A stretch of 63,939 bases of DNA, the filler included, from Craspedostauros australis (taxonomy: Eukaryota): NCBI GenBank assembly GCA_030167865.1. It is 5 parts of 5 records of this genome, joined end to end, with 100 filler letters (N's around TTAATTAATTAA, not from the genome) between each part and the next. Parts side by side here need not be neighbours in the genome. Positions count along the whole stretch, not along the records: positions 1 to 20,706 come from JALAGF010003404.1; positions 20,807 to 33,786 come from JALAGF010003407.1; 3 more parts are not named here. One strand, written 5' to 3'. Positions within the stretch are counted from its first letter, which is position 1, and the number at the start of each line of letters is the position of its first letter. A program made the position numbers and the translations under genes. The notes beneath the pieces are model-generated. The model saw nothing but the letters and a program-made list of their open reading frames with translations. It was not told the origin of the DNA and searched no databases. This document shows, in pieces, positions 12,001-24,098 of the stretch.

Positions 12001-13360
12001 TTGAATGATGAGGAATCATTGTCGTGAGCGCGCACGCAATGGTTGCTTTTCGTTTGCATCTGTGCTGATAGACATACTACGATATGATCTTCAGGTTGAT
12101 GGATGGAGGTGTCTGGATGAATGGATGAATGAGACGATGCCCGTCCAAGCACGGATGTGGATGTGAATGTGGATGTCGGCGTGATGGCGATCCGCCGCTC
12201 GATGCCGACAAACCGAAATGCCACCCTGACCATCAACAACTAATCGATGTCGTCACAAGAGTTATGTCCGCATGAGTGCAACTCTCCAGCGATCAACCAA
12301 CTGGCAAACACATATAGTAATAGAATAGATAACAACGCAAACCAGCAACCAGGCAGAGCACGGGAACGAACTGGTGGTTTCTGGAGAGGAACGGGACAAG
12401 TACCAACAACAGTTGTTTCGTTGTTGGTTTGCTGGTTTGTTGGCATTGTTTGATTTTGTGGGAACAGAAGAGTTGGTTGTGTTCCGCGCCGGATTATGTG
12501 CTGCGACATGAAATGTACGCCAGAAAACTCGCCATCTCGCTAAAGTGGTCATTCCGGACGTCTTCCATTCACAATTGCGAGAAACAGGCCATAGTTGTTT
12601 GGCAAAGCAAGACTCCGCGGGTTTCCTCAGGGCAATAATTGTAGCGTGTCACGAAGAAGACGGCCCCTTGTGATGACTCTTGACAGTCCTTGGCAGTGCT
12701 TGACAGTGCGCAAAAGTACAGTGCCTCTAAGTCACAAAGTATGAGAAAGTCACATGATGGAGAAGGCGTCGGCTCGCACTCGTGTCACAAAACTGGTGAT
12801 TTGTCACCGACAACGAACCGCAGTGCCGTAAAGTTTCTGCGTGGCTGTTCGCGAGACGGCCAGATTGCCACAACAACACTGCTTTAAAAACGCCGCGAAA
12901 CAGGTTGCGAACTCTATCCACACCAACACACACAATCACACCAACAACATCACAAGCACCAACACCAACACGAGTGGTGAGGTCGACATCGAGACCGATA
13001 GACCAGTGCACACAGGGATCCAAAGAACAAACAACCACAACCGGTTGCAGCAGATCACGACAGATCACGACAGAGCAGAACACAAACACTCAAAACATAA
13101 ACTCGGAAGCAAACGAACGAGGCAAACTGGTCACAATCCAGCCAACCCAGCCACTTGCTGAATACAATAGCACAGGTCGCAATAGATCGTGCCATACAGA
13201 CTCGTCTCAATAGATCGTACTCTACCATACCAGCAAAGCAACAACCACAGCCCTTCATCATCATCATCATTGGCGGCAGTAGCAGTAGTAGCAGCAGAAG
13301 TACATTCCCAACATCCCAACCAAAGCAAAGCAAAGTAAAGTAAAGCAGAGATCGATCAAA

Positions 13361-14212
13361 ATGCGTCTGTCCCAACCAAGCAAACGTCCATCAGAGTGCT
13401 CCACTTCATCCTCCATCAGCGGCTCCGTCTCCTTCTCCCTCATGGTCATGCAGGAGAGCCTCAAGGACGTGGCTTTGATGGGTGAAGAGACAGCCTCGCT
13501 CTCTGCCCCGTCTTCCAGCAATGTCAGCAAGTCCAACAAGCACGGCACCAGCAGCATGAACAACAGCAAGAGCAGCCTCACGTCGGAGTCTTGGGAACAG
13601 GGGACCGCCTCCACCTCATCCCTCACTGCCCCTCTGTCGCCCATGTCCAGCCCCTGCATCATGGCGGATGCCAACGCGACGCTCGGCAAGCCCTCCAAGC
13701 GCAAGGGCCCCAAGCAACCGCAGAATGCTTCCACTTCCAACGCAACCACAGCCACAAAGTCCACCAACTCCAACTCCTCATCCACTTCCACCGCATCCGC
13801 CACTTCGCAGACTGTCACCTCAAACGACCGTATCGAATTCAAGGACGGTCGCGTCTTCATCGGCCATCACGTGCGAGGCGAGATGCGCCATGGCACCATG
13901 ATCTACACCGATGGCACCGTCTTCCGCGGAAAATGGAAGCACGGCAAGCGCCACGGACCCGGCCACTGCACCTTCCCCGATGGCAGCGTCTACGATGGAG
14001 ACTTTGATCACGGCCTCATGCACGGCAACGGCAGTCTCACGTGGAGCGACGGCGTTCAGTACGTTGGCAATTGGGTGGAAGGCGCCATCCATGGTCGAGG
14101 CAAGGAGATTGACGCGGATGGCGTCACGGTGCGTCACGATGGCTTTTGGGAGCAAGGCAGCCCTGTCCGCCAGTCCGATGGCAAGCATCAGATCAATGTC
14201 AGCAATCGGTGA
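13361..14212 (+). CDS. MORN-repeat protein
   Basis: Ser/Thr-rich N-terminus followed by repeats such as FRGKWKHGKRHGPG, YDGDFDHGLMHGNG and YVGNWVEGAIHGRG. Confidence 0.85.
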   Translation: MRLSQPSKRPSECSTSSSISGSVSFSLMVMQESLKDVALMGEETASLSAPSSSNVSKSNKHGTSSMNNSKSSLTSESWEQGTASTSSLTAPLSPMSSPCIMADANATLGKPSKRKGPKQPQNASTSNATTATKSTNSNSSSTSTASATSQTVTSNDRIEFKDGRVFIGHHVRGEMRHGTMIYTDGTVFRGKWKHGKRHGPGHCTFPDGSVYDGDFDHGLMHGNGSLTWSDGVQYVGNWVEGAIHGRGKEIDADGVTVRHDGFWEQGSPVRQSDGKHQINVSNR

Positions 14213-15026
14213 CACCACTCTGATATGTCATCTCCAACCGCATCATCCTGCCTGCAGCATGGTTCCAGCTGTCGCACTGATAGCGCTGCGATTGTGCTGC
14301 ATTCCGCCGGATGAGTCGATGCTTTGTGGTGTGTATCTGGATCAATGGTGATCCAGGCACGCGCATAATTCCACGGCCAGATCGATCGCCCGTCGCAAAC
14401 GCACGGCTCCGGCTCAACACGTCAATCGATGAAGTCGCAGGTGATTCCGCCACGCTTTCCGTGGCAGCTTGCAGCCTATCCCTTCAACCCTGCAGTGTTG
14501 GTCTGCCCATTGCTGGATTTGTAATTGCGAATGGGATGGGAAGAAACGTATTATACTCGCAGGGTACGAGTATTTCCATGGACACACGCAGCATAGCCAT
14601 TCACTTGGTGGTGCATATACACATGTATCTACTATACATTCACGGGACGTCTCTTCAGCTCAACGGTCAGCTCAATGATAGAATATGTACGCGCTGAAGC
14701 TCGCCCCAGTCGCCACAACTGACTAACAGTCCCTCTCCAGAGAGCTGTGGACTCTCGTGCACAGCTTGGATTGGTTGCATGATTCATCGCACTGCAACAC
14801 AACAGCACAGTCAGAGCGACAGGACTGAGCAAACAGGACAACCACTCATGCATGTACTACGTAGTACGACCTATTATATTACACATGATACTTCCAAACT
14901 TTAACTATTAACTATTCAGTGCTCAGCGTTCTGTGTTCGATCAATTTTAACATCAACAGCTCTACGTACCGTGCCCTACGATACCATGCGATACCATACA
15001 TACTCGTGAATCCTCGGACACTGTCA

Positions 15027-18000
15027 TCACTCCATGTCCAACGTCGATCGCCAGGCATCCCGATCGGCCTCGTACGTTTGCTCTTCGCCGGAGCTGCATT
15101 CCTTGGCAAGGGTCTTGGTGTTCTGGTGTGGCACGGGTGGTGCGGACAGGGCGCGCTTCACCGTGGAAGGCTTCTGACTTGCGTCGACAAGCGGAATGTG
15201 CGAATCATCCTTGGACTGAGTGGGTTCCGCACTGTCATCGCCTTCCTTGTTGTCGTTGTCTGCCTTTTCCACTGCTGGCTTCTCCGACTCGGAAGATGAC
15301 TCGGCTGCGGCGGGCGTATTGTCGGTTGCAGTTCCGTTCTGTTCCGCCGCCACCTTCTCCCACTCACCGTCCTCCATCTTGGTGGGGCTCCTGGGTTCTT
15401 CCACCAGGATCGGAGCCACCGGGAGCGTGAGTAGCGGTTGCTCGTTGGTTTGTTCAACCGCAGCTTCTGTTTGGGTGGAGTCGGTATTGGCTGTAGACAC
15501 TTTGACGCCGCTGCCTCCTTGTTCGTCTTCACCAGCACCGCTGTCACCGCCGCCGGCGTGTTCATGATCATGTTCATCATCGCTGACCTCGCCCATGTAC
15601 TCACCCTTCTCCCAGACACCCTTGCGCACGAGCCGCTCTTCTTCGCCGCCACCAGCAGTGACGATCTCGTACTCGGCGCCACGACCATGGAAGGCGCCGG
15701 CGTGAAATCCACCGGCGTACTTGTGCTTGGTGGTGCGCACGGTGGTGACGTCCTTCTGCTTGGAGCGCATCATGGGTGCCGAGACGGACGTCTTGGTGGT
15801 CTGCGTCCACTGCAGCGTGCCGGGTCCGTGGTAGACGCCGTTGGCCCATGATCCGCGGTAGGAGCAGCTGGGACCGAAGGTGAAGACGCCCTGACCGGAT
15901 CGCTGGCCGTGCTCGAACATGCCTTCGTACTTGTCGCCGTTGGGGTACCAGAACTTGCCCGGTCCGTGACGCTCGTCGTGGCGGTACTCTCCGACGAAGC
16001 GACGGCCATCCTTCCAGATGTACTTGCCAGGACCGTGGCGAAGGTTGATGTGGTACTGGCCTTCGTGGAAGTCGCCCATGTGGACGAACATGCAACGGCC
16101 GTGGCCTTGGCGGTGTCCCTTGGCCCAGAATCCTTCGTAGATGCGGTTGCCGTCCTTGTAGACCATGCGTCCGACGCCGTGCGGTCGCTGCGTCGGTATG
16201 TGGAGGATGCCAGTGTACCTGCCCGAGTTGTTCTGGCCATCCCACACCAGCTGATCCACGACGGCCTTGCAGTTGTCATCATCATCCTGCTTGGTTTCAT
16301 CCGCGCTGGTTTTGCTGTTGCTGTTAGTTTTGGCGGTGCCGTTGCTGTTGGTGTTGCTGCTGCCACCACCGAATATGTTGGGCACCATGAGACCGGAGAG
16401 GAGGGAGGACGAGGTGATGCTGTTCCTGGACGGATTGAGATCATCGCGACCGAGCTTGGAACGTTGGGCCGACGCCGACAAGGTCAAGGCAGCCAGACCG
16501 CCCTTCATGGTGGAGTTGCCCATGAGCTTGGCGGCATCGAGCTTCCTGCGCGGCGTTGCGCTGCCCGGCGACAGGACGGCATCCGCCATCTTGGAGAAGA
16601 TGCCCTTCTGCTGCTCCGCCTTCTGCTTCTTCTCGTATTCCGGCAGCGGCATGCCGTTGATGAATTCGCCGTCGAAGATGACTTCGCCGTTGGAATCGAC
16701 GTGACGGCCTTCCCCATGGAACTTGCCGTACTCGAAGGTTCCCGTGTAAACGGCGCCCGTTTCGGAGATGAGAGCGCCTTGACCATGGTACTGACCCTGG
16801 AACCATTGTCCGTCGTAGGAGGTTCCGTCGCGACCGAAGGTGAACTTGCCTTGACCCTGACGTTGGCCGTGCACGAAGTCTCCCTGGTATAGATCTCCCG
16901 TTTCGGGGTAGAGGAAGCGGCCGCTGCCATGTCGCACGCCGTTGTACCAGTCCCCCTTGTAGTGTCGGCCGTCTGCGTACCAGTACTCCCCGTCCGGTCC
17001 ATGACGCTGGTTGCTGTCGAAGTTTCCGACGTACTTGTCCCCGTTCTTCATCTGCATCCTGCCGAAGCCGTGGTACTTGCCGTCCTCCCAGAATCCTTCG
17101 TATTCGGCCACGGGGTTGTTGGCAGTGGAAGGTTCATTCATGGCCACATCATCGTGATAGTTACTGCTGCTGTTGTTGTTGTTGCTGTCGTCCGTGGCGG
17201 TGTAGTTCATTGTGCCCACACCCTGCGGCAGATCGCGAAAGAGGATGCCCTTGTAGAGTCCGTAGAAGCCGCGTGCGTCCCTGCATCTTTCCTGGTTGAC
17301 CACGATTGTGTTTGCCTCGCCAGACGTGTCCGGTGCTTCGCGTTGATTTGTCTGCGAGTGCGATTGGGACTGCGAGGTGCTGGCTGCCGAACGGCTGGAT
17401 GAGTTGGACGTTAGGGTCTGTCCTGTTGCCGTGCCTGCATGTGGGCCTGCCTGCGTGGCCGCGGTTGCAGTGGACGTTGAGTTTGAAGTCAAGGTGCGAC
17501 CCAATGAACCGGTGCTGCTCCTGCGAGAGTCCACAGCAGAGGCAGCAGAGGCAGAAGAAGCATCATTGATATCTCCAATGCCATCGCTGATGCTGCCGCC
17601 CATAGTTCTGGAGGCACGCGAGGAGCCGGTGTGGCTGACGATCATGGGAGTGTCATGGTTCCACATGCCATCATGGCGCACCTTGCCATCGCCCATGGTC
17701 TCGATGCCGTAGCCATGGCGCTGGCCCGCGACCCAGGAGCCCTTGTAGGTGGCCAGGAGGGACTCCGTCTTGTCCGTGGTGAGATTGCGGCCCACGCAGC
17801 GCCTGCAGGGGTAGGTGAGGACGCCCTGGCCGTGGTACTTGCCCTTGACCCATTCTCCCACGTACTCCAGCTTCTGCGCGTGGTGCACGTAGACCCCGTG
17901 GCCCTGCCTCTGGCCGTGCACGAAGTTGCCCTTGTAGTAGGACAGGTTGCCCCAGTGGTAGTGTCCCTGGCCGTGGCGTTGGTTCTGCACGAAGTCCCCT

Positions 18001-18380
18001 TCGTAGACCCTCGGTTCTGATGACAGCGCCGCCGTTGCTGCTGCTGCTGCGGAAGCACCGGACTGAGTCTTCTTGCTGAGCTTCCAGGTGTACCTGCCCG
18101 TTCCCTGCCTCTGGCCGAACTCGTGCATGCCCTCGTAGACATCCCCGTTGCGCATGAGGCACTTGCCATGGCCGTGCCATTCCCCGCGGTTCCAGCTGCC
18201 CACGAACGTGTCGATGGGCGTCTGCGTCACAGCTCCGATGTAGCAGAACGTGCCGTTGTCGCCATGGGGCAATCCGCCGGCTGTTGGCAAGATGTGCCCG
18301 CTGTACACCCCAGGGTTGCCCTTGGAGTCGAACACGCGGGAGTCCGACACGTACAGCAGCTTCTCTCCGTTGCTTTCCAT
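15027..18380 (-). CDS. Large MORN-repeat protein with three repeat blocks
   Basis: Many YxGxW/FxxGxxHGxG repeats in three clusters, separated by low-complexity linkers, with an acidic tail. Confidence 0.9.
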   Translation of the reverse strand: MESNGEKLLYVSDSRVFDSKGNPGVYSGHILPTAGGLPHGDNGTFCYIGAVTQTPIDTFVGSWNRGEWHGHGKCLMRNGDVYEGMHEFGQRQGTGRYTWKLSKKTQSGASAAAAATAALSSEPRVYEGDFVQNQRHGQGHYHWGNLSYYKGNFVHGQRQGHGVYVHHAQKLEYVGEWVKGKYHGQGVLTYPCRRCVGRNLTTDKTESLLATYKGSWVAGQRHGYGIETMGDGKVRHDGMWNHDTPMIVSHTGSSRASRTMGGSISDGIGDINDASSASAASAVDSRRSSTGSLGRTLTSNSTSTATAATQAGPHAGTATGQTLTSNSSSRSAASTSQSQSHSQTNQREAPDTSGEANTIVVNQERCRDARGFYGLYKGILFRDLPQGVGTMNYTATDDSNNNNSSSNYHDDVAMNEPSTANNPVAEYEGFWEDGKYHGFGRMQMKNGDKYVGNFDSNQRHGPDGEYWYADGRHYKGDWYNGVRHGSGRFLYPETGDLYQGDFVHGQRQGQGKFTFGRDGTSYDGQWFQGQYHGQGALISETGAVYTGTFEYGKFHGEGRHVDSNGEVIFDGEFINGMPLPEYEKKQKAEQQKGIFSKMADAVLSPGSATPRRKLDAAKLMGNSTMKGGLAALTLSASAQRSKLGRDDLNPSRNSITSSSLLSGLMVPNIFGGGSSNTNSNGTAKTNSNSKTSADETKQDDDDNCKAVVDQLVWDGQNNSGRYTGILHIPTQRPHGVGRMVYKDGNRIYEGFWAKGHRQGHGRCMFVHMGDFHEGQYHINLRHGPGKYIWKDGRRFVGEYRHDERHGPGKFWYPNGDKYEGMFEHGQRSGQGVFTFGPSCSYRGSWANGVYHGPGTLQWTQTTKTSVSAPMMRSKQKDVTTVRTTKHKYAGGFHAGAFHGRGAEYEIVTAGGGEEERLVRKGVWEKGEYMGEVSDDEHDHEHAGGGDSGAGEDEQGGSGVKVSTANTDSTQTEAAVEQTNEQPLLTLPVAPILVEEPRSPTKMEDGEWEKVAAEQNGTATDNTPAAAESSSESEKPAVEKADNDNKEGDDSAEPTQSKDDSHIPLVDASQKPSTVKRALSAPPVPHQNTKTLAKECSSGEEQTYEADRDAWRSTLDME

Positions 18381-20706
18381 GTTGTTGTCAACGCTGTTGT
18401 TAACGCTGTTGTTAACGCTGTTGTTAACGCTATTGTGGTTGTTCTATGAGAGTTCAACGATTGTACTATTCTATTGAATTATATGAGAATGGGAATGGGA
18501 ATGACGATGGCGCGAGGATCCCTGCTTTCTTGCTCACCAACTTGTCTGGATTCTTGGTCACCAACTTGCTTGGATTCTTGCTCACCGACTTGTTCGTTTT
18601 CTTGGTGGATTGTCTTGTTTCCGTTCTCGTCTTCTTGCCTGTCATCTTGGTCGTGGTGGCACCACTCTGCTTGCGTGCATTTTTCGCAGTTTTGGTGGTT
18701 TCGTTTTCCGTGGATTCGTGAATCAACCACGACGCGAAACCATCGACTCAAACGAATGCTTTCATCAGACCATTTAGACTGATATGGATAGAATGGGTAC
18801 TGCAGTAAATACTTCGTCACCAACACAAGGATCATCGTCCTCTGTCAGATGAGATGAGGCGAAGCAACCGAACAAGGACAGAGGATTGGCAGATAAAGAG
18901 AGTGTAATAGTAGTATGGTACTATACCATGGACGATCGACTGAATTGGCAGAGGAAATGTTGTTGGCATGGTCTGGCGATTGCAGGACGCAGAGATGGTG
19001 ACATTCCATTTCGATCACGCTGCACTGCATCTGGCACGAGTATGGGACGTGCCCATGGTGCCACACATGCCTGCCCACTGCCCCACAGGTCGTCATGCCT
19101 GGCGAGTTGCGGAAGTATGGTACCAGCCCATTCTCGATCGATCACCACCCTCGCAGGCAGGTGTCTGGGAGAATTGCTCTACGCGACTGTTGCTGGAGTA
19201 ACACAGTGATTGGTCGTCGTTTGGGATGTGCTCAAGCTGATGGCGGTTCACTCTTCCACCTGTGACCGTTGCCGCCAAATGGATACAGCAACCAACTCCA
19301 TCATCAACCAACGTCAGCTGTTGATGGCGATTGTGATTGCTTCGCTTTTGTCACGCCTTGGGCGAGGAGAGCGCACGGTGCAAGGATGATAGATCGTACG
19401 GGGCTTCGCAACTTCTCCAGACACGCCTTGTCGTTGGTGGATGCCAACCACGACATGTGTCTCCAAATAGAGGGAGAGAGAGCGGGGCTCTCGTGACCTC
19501 TTGACTTCGTGAGATGTCCGACCACGGGTGCGCAGCCGAACACTCTTTTCCTTTTTGGATGCCGTGCATGTCTGGTTTGGTGGCAGGTCTGTGGCCATGT
19601 TGCTCTCCTCCCAACCACTTTCAACTCATTCCTATCCATTTCTCGCAGCGCGGCTCTCCTGCTCTTGTCGAGCGTCTTGCAACTTGGACACGTGACATCT
19701 TTATTGCTTCAACCCTTGAACGTGGCTCCGTGGAAAGACGTCTTCGGAGCACTCGCGGGGGTGCTCCCACCTTGCTGAGTCTTCCATCGTCACCCAACGT
19801 TGATGACTGGTTCTCCATGTGATCTCTGTGAGAAGAAGCGCGCTTGTACGTATGTATGGCAGGCAGGGCAGACACAGACATTCCTACCGAACAGGTAGGC
19901 TCTGACGGGTTATGATGGACCATCACCCAGGTTTGGAAGCGGGCTCGAAGATCTCACCTGTGCCGTTCTGTTCCTTGTGAACTCGGATGGTAGTCGTATG
20001 GCGTGGCATGATACTCGTGCGTATAATAGATTGTATAATACATGCTCTGCTGCAGTTTCATCATGAAAGATGTGTCTGCTTTGTCAGCAGTCTTGCGAAA
20101 CAGAGATCGATGAATCTTCATCATCCCTGTGAGGAAGCGCCTTGAGTTCTCGCTGGTTTAGGTGAGACCTGTTTGCTTGTGTTGGTGTGATCGTTGTGCT
20201 GTGCATGAGGAAGCGCTTGACAATCGACTGTGACGGCGAGACTCCATTGCCTCCTCGACCTGTCATACATAAGGGAGATATCGCATGTAAAATGAAGCCA
20301 CCCCTGGAACCTGTCGTGGTGACAACTAGTGGGGAGCTCTCCCCAAATGTTCGCGTTCGNNNNNNNNNNNNNNNNNNNNNNNNNNNNNNNNNNNNNNNNN
20401 NNNNNNNNNNNNNNNNNNNNNNNNNNNNNNNNNNNNNNNNNNNNNNNNNNNNNNNNNNNNNNNNNNNNNNNNNNNNNNNNNNNNNNNNNNNNNNNNNNTT
20501 GTTTCCATTCACAGCAAACAAAAATGAATGCTCAACGCTTCCACATGCATGTTCGTGCTTGTTGGTATCACTGCCTACTGTTCCGTTTCCGTGTTTCTGT
20601 CATACAGGTCATATGTAGCACATGCCTTGTATGTGTTCCCACTCTAGATTTCCCCAAAGCACAGCCCCAACCCTCCTCCATCCCCAGACCGCTGCCGGCC
20701 CATCCA

Positions 20707-20806
20707 NNNNNNNNNNNNNNNNNNNNNNNNNNNNNNNNNNNNNNNNNNNNTTAATTAATTAANNNNNNNNNNNNNNNNNNNNNNNNNNNNNNNNNNNNNN
20801 NNNNNN
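20707..20806. other. Artificial contig-joining spacer
   Basis: 44 N + TTAATTAATTAA (stops in all six frames) + 44 N. Identical structure occurs four times in the window. Confidence 0.95.
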
Positions 20807-20996
20807 GCCGATTGGACGACAGAAAGAGCAAGAGCAAATCCCGCGCAACAACGCGACGACAGAGGATTATCAAAGGCATGTCACGCCAAGTTGACGATAA
20901 GTATTAGTGTTCTGATTCGTCATTCAGTGACGTCCACATCGTTCCCCGTTGATGGCTTTGTGGAATGTGCCCATCGTGGCTGGGCTATTGTGAAAC

Positions 20997-21145
20997 AAAA
21001 CGTGCCCTAAAATAGGGCACCTTTTCAAAACGTGCCTTAAATAGGGCACCTTTTCAAAACGTGCCTTAAATAGGGCACCTTTTCAAAACGTGCCCTAAAT
21101 AGGGCATCTTTTCAAAAGGTGCCTTATTTTAGGGCATTTTTTTTT
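20997..21145. repeat. Array of five ~29-bp hairpin-forming units, the last one inverted
   Basis: Unit AAAACGTGCC(C/T)TAAATAGGGCACCTTTTC with an internal stem GTGCCCTA/TAGGGCAC. The fifth copy, AAAAGGTGCCTTATTTTAGGGCA, is the reverse complement of the first with one mismatch. Confidence 0.9.
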
Positions 21146-21807
21146 CGCTGTAGGCTAGAGACAATTCAATCACGGATTGCATAAACCATAAACGCCAAGT
21201 ACGACATTCCAATCATGACTAAGAATTTCGCATTCACGACTAATATCGTCCGTTAACCAAATAGTGATGCTGTTCGTTAGTCCGATAGTCCGTTTTACCG
21301 GAAGCCCCTGTGGGAGAGATTCGACACATCCGTTCGTGGCGCGTTGTGGCGCGTTGCGATACAGTCAATGATGACACAACCACTCTTGCGTGTGCTGCAG
21401 TGTAGTGTACCAACATTGGGTTTCTTCCGACATCGATCGCCGCAGCCTTTTCGGTCCGAATAGCGCACCGACAAAAACTCCTGTTTGTACGTGATTCGTC
21501 CAGTCCCTGTGTTGTGTTGGAGGTTTCGAGTCTACTATCGTACTTTATCTACGTAAATAGTCATTAGACTTGGATGTCCGATCAATCACAAGGTTTCGTT
21601 CTTGTTGTTGTTGTCGTTTTGGGGCTAACCGATCAAAGATACCGCGCTGACACATCACATCACATCACATCAGACATAGAAGCACAAGAGGGCAAGCGCA
21701 ACAGTATTCACGCTCATCCACATCATACCGATTCTATTCTCGCACCTGCCATCACTGCTCTCACCTTCATCCATCCATCTACCCATCCATCTATCCGTTC
21801 GATCACA

Positions 21808-22401
21808 ATGAGGATGCGACGATTCTTCGATCTGTTGTTGTCGGCCACCATCGCGGTCGCTCTCTCGTGCGATACATGCACGGCATGGACACAGCCATCT
21901 CCTCGTGCGAAGCGCCATGCCACGATGCAACGCCGCCAGCTCGCCATACTGCCAGTATTGCTGCTGCTGCGAACACCGCCCGACGCCCATGCGGCCTACG
22001 GTTCCGGCGCCGCGATGGAATTGCCCAGCTACATCGACTACCTCATCGAGCAATCGAAGACGGTCGATCCCGATTCGCTGCTGTACCAGCAATCGCAGTA
22101 CCGCGATGCGCAGCTGCAGCGTTTGCAACTCTCCACGCAGCGGTTGTTGGAGATCCCGGCGTTGGCCGAGCAGAAGAAGTGGAATGCGATTCAGAGTCTG
22201 CTGACGGGGCCGTTGGGGGAGATGGGCAGCACCATGACGAAGTTGAGCGGCAACGCGGCTTCGGCCAACCTCGTCAAGACGGTCAAGACGGATCTGTATC
22301 AGATCTCGACGGGCGCCGTGCAGAAGCGTGGGGATCTGTGCAAGCAGGCGGTGGCGAAGACGTTGGTGGATCTGGAGGCCTTTCTGAAGCAGGTCATGTG
22401 A
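21808..22401 (+). CDS. PsbQ/CyanoQ-like thylakoid lumen protein
   Basis: Tripartite presequence: signal peptide ending CTA|W, twin-Arg QRRQ plus hydrophobic core, and AHA|A cleavage site. The mature part KKWNAIQSLLTGPLGEM...DLEAFL resembles the CyanoQ four-helix pattern (W....I.GPLG...DF.AFL). Confidence 0.7.
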   Translation: MRMRRFFDLLLSATIAVALSCDTCTAWTQPSPRAKRHATMQRRQLAILPVLLLLRTPPDAHAAYGSGAAMELPSYIDYLIEQSKTVDPDSLLYQQSQYRDAQLQRLQLSTQRLLEIPALAEQKKWNAIQSLLTGPLGEMGSTMTKLSGNAASANLVKTVKTDLYQISTGAVQKRGDLCKQAVAKTLVDLEAFLKQVM

Positions 22402-22915
22402 TGTGCTGCACAGCGGCATTGCGGTGCAAAAGTGGTATGGCAATGCTCCTCCGTCCAAAGCAGCACGGGACATTCAACACAACAAGATTCTATGCCGCTC
22501 AAGTAGAGCATGATGAGAGCACTCTGCTCTAGGCGATTGCTTCTCTACGAAATATGATATTATACTTTACACAATATTAAAAATCGACGAACCGGGTGTG
22601 CTTGGCTTCTTCGCTGTTGCCGATCCATGTCCGTGAGCGTGTCTGTATGTGGATGGGTGTACGCACTTTCGAAGGAGGTTTGAGCCAGAAGGACTGTGTG
22701 TCCACCACCAAGTCACTCGCTCATCCTCTAGTCGTCAACCAAACGTAGTGTATGTAGCTCATGCTCGGGTAAGCGTGTGTACTTGGTTGGTTCGTTGGGT
22801 GTTCGTTCCTTCGTTGGCTGACCGCCGCGCGCTCCATCTAAATGATTCTAACTGTGGACGCCGCAGACGCTGTCTCTGCAGCTACTGCCCTCGGCGCCAT
22901 GCATGCAACACCAAC

Positions 22916-24098
22916 TTAAGCGCTGTTGGCTGCGATGGATTGCTTCATCGGTCCTGACGAAGCCATGTCGTCGTGCTTGGTGGGGACCATGGTGCTGCTT
23001 CCGAGTGCGCTGTGTCGACGTCCCACCGATCGTCGGAAGAAGCGACCGAAGCGTTCGGACATCTCGTTGACGCCATCCCACTTGGTCTTGCTGGCGGAGA
23101 TGTTGCGACCCTTGCTGATGTTGTCGGCCTCGAGGGTTGCGGATGCGATGGTTTCGATGGAGTAGCCTTGGTCCAGCAACCTGTGGTGTTGTTGGTGATG
23201 ACGGGGGAATTGAAAAATCACGTGACATTGCGGTGCGCGGTGGAAGTGATGCGAAAGCCAAAAAAGCGCGAAGGGAGCAAGCGATACTTTACGTGAGAAG
23301 GAAGGAAGGACGCGCGCAAGCACGGCCTCACGATGTCGGTTCTCGCAGTCCGCAACCCAACGGAGGAACTCGTGAACTCTTGCAGAACACACGAAGGCCA
23401 ACAGAGGAACAGACTGGCAGCCATCAACCGCCAGCAACCGCGGCGCTGTGATTCGCGCCTCTAGATCAACCGCCAGAGCCGGTTCGTTGATGCGGAAGGG
23501 CCATGGTGCTGTCGAAACGGCGCAATCTTGGTCGTGTTGCGATCTTGGGAGGCGATGGCCATGCAGCGAGACGTGGAATCAAGAAACCGGTGTTGGGCTG
23601 GTGTTGCGTTGGCCATGCAGGCCGGTATAGGCAAACAGAATCAAGGAATCAACGAAGGACAGTGGCGACGATGAGGACTTACAGTTGTGCTCGCTTTTGG
23701 ACCGGCAGCATCATACCGCGTGTCCTGCTTCCGCCGCTGCTACTGCTGCTGCTCTGCTTCTTCTCCTTGGAACGGCTGTATTCGTACACCTCCAACCCCA
23801 TGCTCTCGTAGTGCAGGAGCTCGGTTCCCAAGGCGATGGGGGCACCGGAGCTGACGGCGGGATTGTCGCCCAGGATGTAAGGGAATTCGTACACCTCGAT
23901 CTGATCGAAGTCCACCTTCTTGTAGGGCAGGGTGCATGTGGCCAGATCCTCGCAACCGCTCAGCGATGACTCCGATATGGATGCGGATGCTGTAGAGGCC
24001 GAAGACTGCGACTTCTTGTAGGAGTCGTGCTGTGCGTTTCCATCAGCGGCTCCTGCCGGTCGCTGGTCCTGCTGCTGGTCATTCTGAGGCTGCGTCAT
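22916..24098 (-). CDS. Diatom-type hypothetical protein with a V.F..IEVYEFPYILGDNPAVSSGAPIALG motif; exons 24098-23683 and 23180-22916
   Basis: Donor CT|GTAAGT and acceptor CACAG|G (intron 23181-23682) join ORFs 23679..24098 and 22916..23437 in frame, giving KRAQLLLDQGYSIETIA. The motif is one I recall as recurring in uncharacterised diatom proteins. Confidence 0.75.

Noticed and set aside
9100..13350. Many short ORFs in the divergent intergenic region (likewise 18500-20350, 24200-27000, 31000-33400 and 37800-40000)
   Set aside because: Microsatellite-rich with no recognisable motifs; degraded genes or elements cannot be excluded without searches.
20751..20762. TTAATTAATTAA as a biological motif (e.g. 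piggyBac TTAA site)
   Set aside because: Always centred in exactly 44+44 N; it is a six-frame stop linker.
20997..21145. CRISPR array
   Set aside because: The palindromic repeats are contiguous, with no unique spacers and no cas genes, in a eukaryotic context.
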